From positions 27,127 through 91,126 of the IMG/VR virus record IMGVR_UViG_3300031760_000006: a DNA stretch of 64,000 nt, one strand, 5' to 3'. Each line of letters begins with the position of its first letter. The first letter of the stretch is position 1. The position numbers and the translations under genes were made by a program. The DNA comes from a virus (lineage: Duplodnaviria > Heunggongvirae > Uroviricota > Caudoviricetes). Shown here piece after piece: positions 11,129 through 21,500 of the stretch. The notes beneath the pieces are model-generated. The model was given only the letters and a program-made list of their open reading frames with translations, did not search any database and was not told where the DNA came from.

Positions 11129-14100
11129 TGCCAATGACGGGAAAAGAAAGTTGGAAATCTTTTCAGCGGAGCAAAACTATCTATGACATATTCGGAAGAG
11201 CAGAATCCAGTAATATCTACATCGCACAACCGGGGCATCATAAATTGGGTTGTTTAAATGGAATTGACCCTAATTCTTGCGAATTAAAAATAAATTTAAT
11301 AGACCCTGATGAATTAAGCTTTGATGTCTATCAAATGGTTGATGATGAGTATACCGCTTATTATGATTATGTAGACATTTTAATGGAATTATATGTAGAT
11401 GGACTTGGGTGGTTCTTTATCAATGAATCGCCTGAGTTACATCATGATGGAGTAAAGGAATATAAAACAGTAACTGCACAAGGTTATGAAATTACACTTC
11501 AACAATACGACTTAGAAGTATTTCATGTCGGTACTGCGGATGCGAATGACAGGGCATTATTGGCAACGGATAATGTTTATACAGACGAGACCTCTGGGGT
11601 TGATTTAAATCGAGATATTGTGCGATTTTGGCGAGACACCTCTGATTTGGACAATCTGCTTGCTGAAATTGATGAAGACACAAAATACAATCAGTTCTCT
11701 TCTATTTTGTATAAATATCCAAATGTAGTGAAGAGTGACTGGCGAATTGATATTTATAATGACTCTACTCTTCGTTCTGCTTTTGTAACGATGAAAGATA
11801 ATGCTTCAACATATGAACAGGACTATTGGCAAAATTGGATAGATGCTTATGATAATACACCCGAAGGATTAAACACTTCGTTAATCAAAGACATTCTGCC
11901 AAACTATCCTGATTTATTAAAATATGTGAAGCTTAAATACACAACGGGAAAAAGTATTAAACAAACGGACGATGACGGTGTTTCTAAGTATGTCATTTCT
12001 GAGGATATTGATAAACAATATACGCCTTATGAGTTGATAAAGACAGAACAGAAAAGAATGAAAGAGCTGTCCTTACTGGATTTGGTAATTAGAAATGTAC
12101 CAGAATGGAAGGTCGGCTATGTTGATACTTATATTGAGCCGTCTTCCTATACGGTTTCTTGGACGGTGACAGAAACCCCGACTTTAGAGAATTATCCAGC
12201 GTCTGATTTTGGCGGCGATTCCGAGTCTCATGTTGGTGAGATTGCTTATGATACTGGAAAAGGATACTATTACGAATTTTCTGAAACGGTAGAGGAAGAG
12301 TTTTATTGGCGTAGGTTGCCCAAACCTGACGATACGTTCTCTTCTCTTCTGCAAAATCAAGGCGGTCGCTTTGAGATTGATAACCAAGATGTTTATTCTG
12401 TGCTGATGCAGGAAATTGCCCCTTATTATAAATGCGTATTTCAGTTTGATACTAAAAATAAGTTAATCAACGTTTATTATCTTCCGAGTCTTGGTGAAGA
12501 TACACGAATTTTCATTGGATTACGAAACGTCCAGAACGAGGTAACTATCTCTCCTTCTCAGGATTTGTATACGCAGTTTACTGTAGAGAATTCAGAAGGT
12601 TTGGGAATTGAACAAGTAAACTTTGGACAGCGTGAAATCGAAGATATTTCTTATTTCTTAAACACCAAATATCTTCCGCAAAAGCTGATTGACAAATACA
12701 AAGTATATCTTGCTTATAGAGATACAAAGCGTAATCAATATGTACAGTTATCTCGTGATTACAATAAAAAACTAAAAGAAATAACAGAACTAAGAACAAA
12801 AGTTCCCAGTGGAATGTTCAATACAGACCAATACGAAACTTTTTCTGACAGCGAACTACAACAGGAATTAGAGAACTACAATGCTTTAATCAAGGGCATG
12901 GAAGATGCTTTTACCGATTATAACGGGACACTCGATGAAGATGCGTTGAGAGCTTCTGTGTATTGGAACGACTATATGATGATTAAGCAGTTCACTATTC
13001 CCAATATCAATATTGAGATTGAGAATCGTAAGAAATACAGTTACGAACCCAAAGTGGATTTCATTGACGATTACGAACTTGATTTTGATACTTATGGGTA
13101 TTTGTATGGTCGTGATGAACTAAAGCATATGAAGGATATGCTCGAAGAAAAAGTGGACGTTTATAGTGATTATAGACGAACTTGGGAGCAGGTAAATGAA
13201 GCACAAGACGAATCTACTAAGGAATTCGTTGCTAAATATACTCAAAGTGATTATGAATCAAAACATGATTTATATATCAAATATAAAAACGGTCTGGATT
13301 CATGCATTAGAGAATTAAACAAAAGAACGGCTGAATACGAAGCATTAAAAGAAGAACTTCAGGATATTGATATTGAACGCCAAAAGGTTGCTCAATCGGT
13401 TATTCTTGAAAACTACAGTTTTGAGAACGGTTATTTGATTTGGAAAAACGAAGAGGATAAATTACTTCTCGATGAACAACCATATTATCTTGGTGACCCA
13501 ATGCCCGTGGCGGCATTTACTGACCAAGAAATTGCTCGATTAAGCTTATTCTTCAGACATACCGACTATGTGAATGACAATATCAATTTTTATTCCAATG
13601 TTGACAGTATAGACGAAGAACTGATTGATGAACAATTGCAAATGTACGATGCCGCAGTTGATGAGTTATACGCTGAATCGCATCCTCAGTATGCGTATAC
13701 AACCGACATCGACTCTCTTCTTGCCAATAACGAATGGGAAGACTTCGTTCGTTACTGGGAAAACCTTGAAGACGACTATCATTATATCTTCCAAGTTGGC
13801 AATTTCATTCGACTTGGGATTAATGAGGGAGTTTCTGGGTTTCAGGTAAAACTCAGATTGACAGCTATCTCTTTCAATCCGATGACTAGAGATATGAACA
13901 TGGAACTTGAGTTCTCCAATATGATTAATTACAAGGCAAGAAGGAATGATTTTGCCACATTAATCAATAATGCTATTGGAAGTGCCAAGAATCAGATTCA
14001 AGCGGCTTATCAACGTAATAGCAAAGATGAGAATAATTTTGAAGTATCTTATGATTTAATTAGAAGCATTCTTCAAAGTGGGGGTTTTTCAAGCTATACA

Positions 14101-15867
14101 AACAATTTAAAAGGCAATGTATCTGCCGGGGCGATTAATTCAGTAGCGGGCAATTTTGACTCATTGGTTGCTAATTATATGTCAACAAATGTGTTATCTG
14201 CAAAATTAGCAGATGTAGATGAATTAGATGCTGATTCTGCTTTTATTAGATATTTGGAAACTAATTTGGTTGTTGCCTCTGAAATTAAAGTGGACGACTT
14301 AAAGGCGAAACTTGCACAGATTGATGAATTAGAAGCTGATTCTGCTTTTATTACTTATCTTGAATCTACTTTAATTGATGCGGATACGTTAAAGGCGAGA
14401 ATCGCAGAGATTGATGATTTAACGGTTCAGAATGCGATTCATGCAGAGAATGCTGACGTTTCGGCTAGGTCTGTATCGGCTGACAGTGCCACATTTGCTA
14501 CTACCGCAACAACGGCTTTAACTGCTGATTCTATTAAGGCTGAGAATATTGATACTTCTACGGTTACCGCCGAAAGTGGTTTTATGCAATATTTGAAAGC
14601 TAATGCTGTTGTAGCAAGTGCTGTTAGTGCTGACAGTGCTACATTTGCAACTACGGCTACTACTGCTCTTACCGCAGGTTCTGTAAAAGCAGAAAATATT
14701 GACACTTCAACGGTAACTGCTGATAGTGGTTTCATGACTTATCTCAAGGCGAACGCTGTTGTGGCAAGTGCTTTGAATGCAGATAATGCTACATTTGCAC
14801 AAGCTTCAGCCAATGCTTTAAACGCAGATAATGCTACGTTTGCACAGGCTTCAGCTACGGCTTTAACGGCAGATTCCGTAAAGGCAGAAAATATTGATAC
14901 TTCTACTCTTACAACTGATTCTGCGTTTATGCAGTACTTGCAAGCAAACTTAATTACCGCTTCGGAAATTGATGTGGATGATTTAAAAGCAAAACTGGCA
15001 ACAATTGACACTTTAACCGCTGGCTCTGCTTTTGTTACTTATCTGCAAAGCTTATCTTCTACTACGGCTCAGAGTGTTATTAATGATGCTTACATTTACA
15101 ATGCTGTTGCCAATAAGATATCTGTAGAAGACTTGGCGGCTGGTAATATTGTTCTGTCTGACACGATGTTAATCACATCTGAAAATGGTAATCTGGTAAT
15201 GAACGGAACTGCTCTGCAAATTCAAGGTAAATACACAGATGACCAAGGACAGGAACAAACTTACACAGGTGTTCAGCTTGGATATGATAATTCGGGTACT
15301 CCAAGTTTGGTGTTAAGAAATCCTGATGGTGCTACTATTCTCACACCTAGCGGAATTACTTCCGATGCCGTTGCTGATGGACTTATTGTAAACAACATGG
15401 TTCATGACGGCACGTTAAGTAAGAGTAAGCTAGGATTTCCAATTGTTGATACAGATGAGAATGGCAATATCAGTATTACTAACATTAAAGATGGTACTGG
15501 AAATAATTTTGGTGTTGAGTATACGAATTTTAAGAATAATACTCAAACAGCTTTAGATGATATTGAAGCACAAAAAATGTATAGAGTTGTCGTAGAGTCT
15601 GACAACGGTAATATATTCAAAAACGGTGATATCAATTGTACATTATCCTGTCGTGTTTATTCATGGGATGATGAAATTACAGATGACATAAATGCGGCTA
15701 ATTTTACATGGACAAGAAAAAGCAAAAATACGACAAGTGACGACCAATGGAACGCCAATCATTCTGGGGGAACTAAAACTATTACGATTACTCCAGCTGA
15801 CGTATATGGGCGAAGTGTATTTTATTGCACTGTAACACTTCCTGATGGTTCTATTTTGTCTTCATAA
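11128..15867 (+). CDS. Baseplate hub / tail-associated protein (Tal-like) with coiled coil and fibre repeats
   Basis: Follows Dit with a 1-nt overlap; 1579 aa; central coiled coil, then Ala/Thr-rich fibre repeats and a C-terminal Ig-like segment (GNIFKNG..TLSCRVY). Confidence 0.7.
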   Translation: MPMTGKESWKSFQRSKTIYDIFGRAESSNIYIAQPGHHKLGCLNGIDPNSCELKINLIDPDELSFDVYQMVDDEYTAYYDYVDILMELYVDGLGWFFINESPELHHDGVKEYKTVTAQGYEITLQQYDLEVFHVGTADANDRALLATDNVYTDETSGVDLNRDIVRFWRDTSDLDNLLAEIDEDTKYNQFSSILYKYPNVVKSDWRIDIYNDSTLRSAFVTMKDNASTYEQDYWQNWIDAYDNTPEGLNTSLIKDILPNYPDLLKYVKLKYTTGKSIKQTDDDGVSKYVISEDIDKQYTPYELIKTEQKRMKELSLLDLVIRNVPEWKVGYVDTYIEPSSYTVSWTVTETPTLENYPASDFGGDSESHVGEIAYDTGKGYYYEFSETVEEEFYWRRLPKPDDTFSSLLQNQGGRFEIDNQDVYSVLMQEIAPYYKCVFQFDTKNKLINVYYLPSLGEDTRIFIGLRNVQNEVTISPSQDLYTQFTVENSEGLGIEQVNFGQREIEDISYFLNTKYLPQKLIDKYKVYLAYRDTKRNQYVQLSRDYNKKLKEITELRTKVPSGMFNTDQYETFSDSELQQELENYNALIKGMEDAFTDYNGTLDEDALRASVYWNDYMMIKQFTIPNINIEIENRKKYSYEPKVDFIDDYELDFDTYGYLYGRDELKHMKDMLEEKVDVYSDYRRTWEQVNEAQDESTKEFVAKYTQSDYESKHDLYIKYKNGLDSCIRELNKRTAEYEALKEELQDIDIERQKVAQSVILENYSFENGYLIWKNEEDKLLLDEQPYYLGDPMPVAAFTDQEIARLSLFFRHTDYVNDNINFYSNVDSIDEELIDEQLQMYDAAVDELYAESHPQYAYTTDIDSLLANNEWEDFVRYWENLEDDYHYIFQVGNFIRLGINEGVSGFQVKLRLTAISFNPMTRDMNMELEFSNMINYKARRNDFATLINNAIGSAKNQIQAAYQRNSKDENNFEVSYDLIRSILQSGGFSSYTNNLKGNVSAGAINSVAGNFDSLVANYMSTNVLSAKLADVDELDADSAFIRYLETNLVVASEIKVDDLKAKLAQIDELEADSAFITYLESTLIDADTLKARIAEIDDLTVQNAIHAENADVSARSVSADSATFATTATTALTADSIKAENIDTSTVTAESGFMQYLKANAVVASAVSADSATFATTATTALTAGSVKAENIDTSTVTADSGFMTYLKANAVVASALNADNATFAQASANALNADNATFAQASATALTADSVKAENIDTSTLTTDSAFMQYLQANLITASEIDVDDLKAKLATIDTLTAGSAFVTYLQSLSSTTAQSVINDAYIYNAVANKISVEDLAAGNIVLSDTMLITSENGNLVMNGTALQIQGKYTDDQGQEQTYTGVQLGYDNSGTPSLVLRNPDGATILTPSGITSDAVADGLIVNNMVHDGTLSKSKLGFPIVDTDENGNISITNIKDGTGNNFGVEYTNFKNNTQTALDDIEAQKMYRVVVESDNGNIFKNGDINCTLSCRVYSWDDEITDDINAANFTWTRKSKNTTSDDQWNANHSGGTKTITITPADVYGRSVFYCTVTLPDGSILSS
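14479..14930 (+). repeat. Three ~150-nt (50-aa) in-frame repeats plus a 45-nt duplication
   Basis: ADSATFATTATTALTA.S.KAENIDTSTVT units start at 14479, 14629 and 14779; ADNATFAQAS is repeated at 14779 and 14824. Confidence 0.9.
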
Positions 15868-15887
15868 TAAAAAAGGAGGTAGAAAAT

Positions 15888-16985
15888 ATGGCAATAATTT
15901 GCACCTCAGACTATACAATTTCTGATTTTAACGATGCGATAAGTTTATCTGGTTATATATCAAGCAATTTGGCACATACACAAATTTACAACCCAGACAA
16001 CGATTCTTACACCCCAAATTGGAGTTCTACAAATTTGGTATTAACTCCGCAATTATTCGTAACTTCTACAACTTCTGATGTTATAGCAACAGCGGCAGTA
16101 ACATCTGTAAAGTGGTATCTTAACAGCGAAAGTTCTGGAAATAGAATAACTAACGGTGGTAATTATGCTTTATCTGGAACAAAAAGCCATATATTAACAG
16201 TAAAAGCTAATGTTTTGGCTGGAGTTAATAATGTAAAATATATTTGTGTAATAGAATATCATGATTCTACTACTGATTTAGATTTAACACACAAAATGGA
16301 TGTTACTTTTACAAGAGTAAGTTCTGGTTCTGGTATCACAACTGCTGTTTGTGTTGCACCAGAAGGTAATATTTTTAAAAATGACACAGTTCAATCTTTG
16401 AAAGCAACTTGTGATTTATATCGTGGTAGTACAATTGATACAACAAACGTATCTTATAAATGGGCAATGATGGATTCTTCTGTCACTTCGTCTTCTTCTG
16501 ATGGGTACGATGCCGATTTTGGAGTCGGATGGAAAAAGTTAACAAACACTACAAATATGTATACTGGTTGTACTACAAGGGAACTTACTATTTATGCTGA
16601 TGCTGTAGCTAGTCTTGCTGTGTTGAAATGTATTATTACTGATACAGATAGTACGTCTAACACTTATAACGGTAAGTTCTTTGGTACTGTTACATTCACA
16701 GATTTGAGCGACCCTGTGCAAATGACTATTGTTTCTAGTGCTGGTGATAGATTTTTAAATGGGCAAGGTTCAACGGTTTTAACTGCAAGATTGTTCCAAG
16801 CTGGTGCGGAAATAGACGCAAGTTCGCCCTATTTATATCAGTATAAATGGTACAAGTTTGATGCATCTGGCGTAATGTATTCTGACTTCGGCGGCACTGG
16901 CGTATCATATAAAACTGGGAAGACGCTTAATGTTGGTTCTGCGGATGTAACAGGAAAAGCTACTTTTAGATGCGAAGTTGAATAG
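15888..16985 (+). CDS. Tail structural protein (Ig-like beta-sandwich domains)
   Basis: 365 aa, Thr/Ser-rich beta-type sequence, strong RBS (aaggagg), within the tail operon. Confidence 0.65.
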   Translation: MAIICTSDYTISDFNDAISLSGYISSNLAHTQIYNPDNDSYTPNWSSTNLVLTPQLFVTSTTSDVIATAAVTSVKWYLNSESSGNRITNGGNYALSGTKSHILTVKANVLAGVNNVKYICVIEYHDSTTDLDLTHKMDVTFTRVSSGSGITTAVCVAPEGNIFKNDTVQSLKATCDLYRGSTIDTTNVSYKWAMMDSSVTSSSSDGYDADFGVGWKKLTNTTNMYTGCTTRELTIYADAVASLAVLKCIITDTDSTSNTYNGKFFGTVTFTDLSDPVQMTIVSSAGDRFLNGQGSTVLTARLFQAGAEIDASSPYLYQYKWYKFDASGVMYSDFGGTGVSYKTGKTLNVGSADVTGKATFRCEVE

Positions 16986-17021
16986 GCTTTATTTTTTTTG
17001 TCTTTAAATGGGGGGAATTAA

Positions 17022-18419
17022 ATGCTAATAGAAGACTATATTGTTGAGGTGGCGGTGTGTCATAAAACCATGAAACATTATAAGTCTTTGGGGTATGATT
17101 TACCGACAAAAATAGGGAAAACTGGAAAAGAGGTTCTCATACAAGGAGCGAAAATTAAAGTTAAAGCCGTTGATTTAACTGTTGGTTCTAATGTTTATGT
17201 TAAAGCAAAATGCGATTATTGTGGAAAAATATATGATGTTGCATACAATAATTATAACGCCTCTCGCAAAAAAGGAGTTGAAAAAGACGCCTGTAAAGAT
17301 TGCATAGACAAAAAACGTGAGGATAATGTGCTTTTAAAATATGGAGTTAAAGGCATATTACAAGTAAGAGAGTATAAGGAAAAAGCTGAACAAACATTGA
17401 TGAATAATTATGGTGTAAAATATCCCGGCGAAAGTAAAGAAATTAGAGAAAAGGTTGAAAAAACGTGTAAGGAAAGATACGGTGTGTCTAATCCTTTTAA
17501 ATCTAAAGAAGTACAAGAAAAAATAAAAAAGACAAATATTGTGAAATATGGTGTACCATATGTTTCTCAGTCTGATTTAATTAAAGAAAAAGTAAAAAAG
17601 ACTTGTCTTGAAAAATATGGTGTTGAATATTCTTTACAGTCTGAAGTCATAAGAAATAAAGGTAAAGATACCATGATGAAAAAATATGGTGTTGTTAATG
17701 CGGGAAAATCTGATGCTATAAAAAATAAAAGGTATAAAACAAATATTGAAAGATATGGTACAAAAATTCCATCCATGTGCGAAGAGGTAAAAAATAAAAT
17801 TAAAAAAACTACAAAAGAAAGATATGGATATGAGTGTGTCTTTGATTCTCCTGCAATAAAAAGTAAGATAAATAATATCTTTAGAAAAAAATATGGTGTT
17901 GATTACCCACTTCAGAGTCCCATAATACAAGAAAAGGTGCGTAAATCTTTGGGCGAAAATGGCACTCAATGCACTTCTAGACCTCAAAGATACATTAATA
18001 AATTGTATAACGGACAACTTAATTATCCAATATCAAAATTTTTTGCGGATATATTTATTGATGATTATAATTGTTGTATAGAATATGATGGCGGTGGTCA
18101 TGACTTAAAAGTAAAATTTGGCAAAATTACTCAGGAAGAATTTGAGCGGCGTGAATTGATTAGAAATAGAATAGTCAAACAAAGCGGTTATCGGTTAATC
18201 CGCATAATCTCCCCAACAGACAAACTTCCATCAGACGAAATTTTACTCCAGATGCTTCATGAGGCTCTGGAGTATTTTAATGCAACAAATCATACTTGGA
18301 GACAATATTATGTTGAAGAGGGCATCATGAAAGATGCCGAGCATAAAGATGGCATTGAGTATGACTACGGAACACTTTGGAATGCTAAGACATTGGCAAA
18401 CCAAGATAAATCAGCTTAA
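17022..18419 (+). CDS. Free-standing putative homing endonuclease: Zn-ribbon, nine 22-aa (K/R/N)YG repeats, C-terminal Vsr/DUF559-like nuclease
   Basis: CDYC..CKDC motif; repeated K/R-Y-G units; ADIFIDD..IEYDGGGH catalytic-type motif; Lys-rich; inserted between structural genes. Confidence 0.7.
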   Translation: MLIEDYIVEVAVCHKTMKHYKSLGYDLPTKIGKTGKEVLIQGAKIKVKAVDLTVGSNVYVKAKCDYCGKIYDVAYNNYNASRKKGVEKDACKDCIDKKREDNVLLKYGVKGILQVREYKEKAEQTLMNNYGVKYPGESKEIREKVEKTCKERYGVSNPFKSKEVQEKIKKTNIVKYGVPYVSQSDLIKEKVKKTCLEKYGVEYSLQSEVIRNKGKDTMMKKYGVVNAGKSDAIKNKRYKTNIERYGTKIPSMCEEVKNKIKKTTKERYGYECVFDSPAIKSKINNIFRKKYGVDYPLQSPIIQEKVRKSLGENGTQCTSRPQRYINKLYNGQLNYPISKFFADIFIDDYNCCIEYDGGGHDLKVKFGKITQEEFERRELIRNRIVKQSGYRLIRIISPTDKLPSDEILLQMLHEALEYFNATNHTWRQYYVEEGIMKDAEHKDGIEYDYGTLWNAKTLANQDKSA

Positions 18420-18470
18420 TAATTATTTAATTACAAAGCAAGGACTCCGATGCCTTGTTATTTTTATGCC

Positions 18471-18503
18471 TTTTCATTGATTTTCATTGATTTTCATTGA
18501 TTT
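18471..18503 (+). repeat. Tandem 10-bp repeat (ttttcattga)x3
   Basis: Exact copies at 18471, 18481 and 18491 in intergenic DNA. Confidence 0.9.
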
Positions 18504-18548
18504 AAATCAAAACTAAAACTAACAAGGCAGAAAGGAGATGATATATAA

Positions 18549-21500
18549 ATGATAGCTATAGGCGAATATACGATATCTGCACTCAATGACCTAGATTATT
18601 ATGAAGTGACATCTTCTGACTCTATGGTTGTCATTGAGGATGAAAATTTTACGCCAGAGGCTGTTACATTTACAAGTAAACATAGATTGGGAAACGGCAA
18701 CTTAGAAGCGTATTCTGGAAGATTTAAAATTGAAACAAGTAAAGATGGTGAAACGTGGGAAACTAAATACACATCTTCGGGGAATGAAAGTGCTGTTGAG
18801 TATGAGTTGCCGAGTGCGTTAGAGGATAAGGTTCCTTATTTGTTTAGGAAATCTGTCGGTGGTGACAGGGCGATTGAGGAAATTGTCGGTGGTAGTGTTG
18901 TTTGGAATCAGTTAGCCGAGCTTCCTATCACTAGAACGCAAAACGGAATTGCTATAACTAATAACGGTGATGGGTCGCTAACGATTGACGGAACGGCATC
19001 AGCAGAAGTGAATTCGTTCGCAATAACTTGTCCTTTCGTTTTGGGACACGTTTATATGGTAACTGGCTTTCCTGATGGAATCAGAACTTATGTGCAACTT
19101 TGGAAAGGAACATCGTGGAAAAAAAATCTTGACATGAGAAATAATCTCATCAAAAAGTTAGTATCTGATGCGGATGCTGACACAGTTGCTTTCAGTCAAC
19201 TTATTTTATCTGGAACATCGTTTAGTAACGTGAAATATTACCCTCAAATTTTTGACCTCACAACAATGTTTGGTACGCAAATCGCCGATTATATCTACTC
19301 TCTCGAACAATCTTCCGCTAGCAGTGGAATCGCCAAACTAAGAAGTTGGGGGTTCTTCACTAAGGATTATTATCCATATTGTCTGCCTACTATAAGGTCT
19401 GTAAGTGGATTGATTGAGAAAAGGTATGTTGGGTTTAACCAGTGGGACGAGGAGTGGGAGTTGTATAATGGGGCATATGTTCAGTCAAAGAACTATATTC
19501 CAATCATTCCGAACACCGAATATTACTTAAAGTCATCGCAGAATTTTTCCAATGGCTTTTCGTGGTATGATGGTGACAAAAACCTCATAAAGACAGAATA
19601 CTATGTGGCGAATCGAGCGTACACTTCGCCAGAGAATGCTCATTATGCAAAATTCATGATGCCTAGTTCCTACGGCACAGCTTATAACAACGACATTTGT
19701 ATCAACATTTCAAACCCCGCAAAAAACGGAACATACGAACCATACGAAGTTAATACTTATTCATTAGATTCTTCGGTAGAACTTCGAGGTATGTTCAAAC
19801 TAGATAGCAATAATAATTTGTATGCCGATGGTGATATTTATTCTAGCGATGGAACAGTATCAGAGAATTGTTCAGAAGATGATTTAAGCACACTTGTATG
19901 GAGTACGAGATATACAGGTTCTACAAATAAAACTGTGTCTGCTGAACTAAGTGATAAATATATTGGATATCCATCTTCAAGTTTTAAAGGATTAATATCT
20001 TCTAGTTATAGTATCGTTGGTGGAACAACTGGTGTTGGTAATTTATCAGACCCAGACAATTGTACGAAGGGAATGTATTATTATAGCAATCCTCAAAGTG
20101 CAACAACAAGAACGGTTTATATTGTTTTACCAAAAGGCGATGCCCCAAGCGGCTCTTTATTATATTTTAAAGCAACCCCAACAACATCAACTGCTCTCCC
20201 CTACCACAATCCACAAGAGCTTTCCGAATGCGGCACAGAGGAATTCGTAACAACAGGCATAATCCCAGTAGGACACAACACAAAATACCCAGCTAACATA
20301 AAAAACATTCGTTGCAGTTTACACAAGCCGAACGAAACACCATCTGCAACAACTCTCTTAGACCAAATTACAGTTCCAATTGTTTCAGGCTTGCAATACC
20401 AACCCTTTGTACAAAGAACTGTTTTTGAGTGGACTTTATCATCTTCAAGTACGGAACTGGACGAAAACACAACATGGGCAGAACAAAAACCAAAACCAAC
20501 ACAGGCTCAACCCTATCTTTGGGAAAGAAGCCGTAACGATTACAGTAATGGCACTCATACTTATTCTGATGCCCACTGTGATGTTACGATTTCGGGCGTT
20601 ATCTCTGATGTTGATAAAATAAATGGACAAATAACCAATAAGATATGGCAAAGTGATATAACGACTTCAATCAACTCTTATGATGGTACAACAGTATCTA
20701 ATATCCGTGACAGAGTGTCTACAACAGAACAAAATCTTACAGGAATTACAACAAGAGTTGGAGCTGTAGAATCTACAACTGGTAGTTTAGGTACACGAAT
20801 GACTGCGGCAGAATCATCTATTTCACAAAATGCAGACAATATTGAATTAAAAGTATCAAAAGATGGTGTTATTTCTTCGATTAATCAATCTTCTGAATCT
20901 ATCACTATCAGTGCGGACAAAGTTAACATAGCTGGTTCAACGGCATTTACTTCGTTAAATAGTCAAGTAACCGCAATTCAAAATGAGACGAATCAAAAAT
21001 CCGAGTTAATCAGAGGTACTCAAACAGCAGCCACTTACTCTTGGACAGGTACATCAACTACTATCTCACAACTTACGGACGGAATGGAGATTAGGTATTG
21101 GTTGCCATTTAGTGTTGCTGGCGGTACAGTTTCAGGCAGTTACAGTTATTATGACGGAAGCAAGACAACCACTGGTACAAATACTGGTGTTGGATTAACT
21201 CTCACATTGAAAGACGGAACAATGACGGAAGAGATTCCTGTTTATTACGGCTCTATGTCGAGACTTACATCTCATTATGGATATGGTAATATTATCCGAA
21301 TGATTTACCGAGAGAATGTTAGGGTGAATAATGGTAATACGACTTACTATACCGTTGAAAAGGGCTTTTGGTGTGATGCGAATTATGATACCAATAGTAA
21401 TTATACGCAGTTTTCTAGTGCAGTAACTGTGGGTGCTACCAACAGTGTGTATCAGTGGAGTTTGATTATGCGTGATTCCGCAAATACTTGGGTATCAATA

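Noticed and set aside
16986-18548. Intron surrounding the 17022 or 27791 endonuclease genes
   Set aside because: The flanking genes have their own stops, RBSs and starts, and no group I core motifs lie in the short intergenic gaps.
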